From positions 14,899 through 78,898 of the IMG/VR virus record IMGVR_UViG_3300032579_000011: a stretch of 64,000 nucleotides of DNA; one strand, given 5' to 3'. Origin of the DNA: a virus. A model generated the notes under the pieces. The model saw nothing but the letters and a program-made list of their open reading frames with translations. It was not told the origin of the DNA and made no database searches. Positions 63,871 through 64,000 of this stretch are shown here, one piece after another. Both the position numbers and the translations under genes were made by a program. Position 1 is the stretch's first letter, and each line of letters begins with the position of its first letter.

Positions 63871-64000
63871 TTTCTTGTTCTTCCTCTGAAAACAATTCAA
63901 CTCCTTTAAGTTTACCCTTCTTTGAAGCAAAAGTCAACTTACTTTCAAAAGACCTTACCAATTCATTTGAATATTCATTAGACTTCAATTGCATGTTATC
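63842..64000 (-). CDS. gp55: C-terminal end of probable late sigma factor gp55 (partial)
   Basis: Open frame ...FESKL...KKGKLKGVELFSEE*; call rests mostly on synteny upstream of gp47. Confidence 0.5.
   Translation of the reverse strand, partial: DNMQLKSNEYSNELVRSFESKLTFASKKGKLKGVELFSEEEQENEKSTLSTD

Noticed and set aside
1-64000. Stop-codon reassignment
   Set aside because: Core genes are intact under code 11, all three stops are used, and no suppressor anticodon was found

Overview
A 64-kb segment of a large T4-like (Tevenvirinae-superfamily) dsDNA phage genome, low GC, with T4-type late promoters (TATAAATA) and sigma70-like TTGACT-N16/17-TAnnnT promoters. The + strand (1-38.7 kb) carries the gp41 helicase end, a late block of probable head-packaged and structural proteins, gp61 primase, DNA ligase, thyX, an nrdA gene fractured by a split intein around a free-standing GIY-YIG endonuclease, nrdB, an NDP-heptose pathway cluster (tal, gmhA, hddA, gmhB, nucleotidyltransferase, glycosyltransferase), RNase H and phoH. 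The - strand (38.7-64 kb) carries gp55(partial)-47-46, def, a TET/JBP + aGPT-Pplase2 + P-loop kinase base-hypermodification module, gp45-44-62-regA, and about 27 tRNA genes (29 in the window, covering all 20 amino acids). A tRNA-His lacking G-1 and having A73 points to an alphaproteobacterial host. The strongest candidate for an undescribed system is at 40.3-42.2 kb: a promoter drives three related non-coding RNAs with a covarying closing stem and a conserved CAGCA motif, two of which display tRNA anticodon stem-loop mimics, directly into a DUF2828-type TROVE/vWA (Ro60-like) protein gene. Also notable: five endonuclease ORFs take their stop codons from inside the downstream tRNA, and several orphan structured RNAs occur. 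All family assignments come from motif recognition by eye, not database searches.
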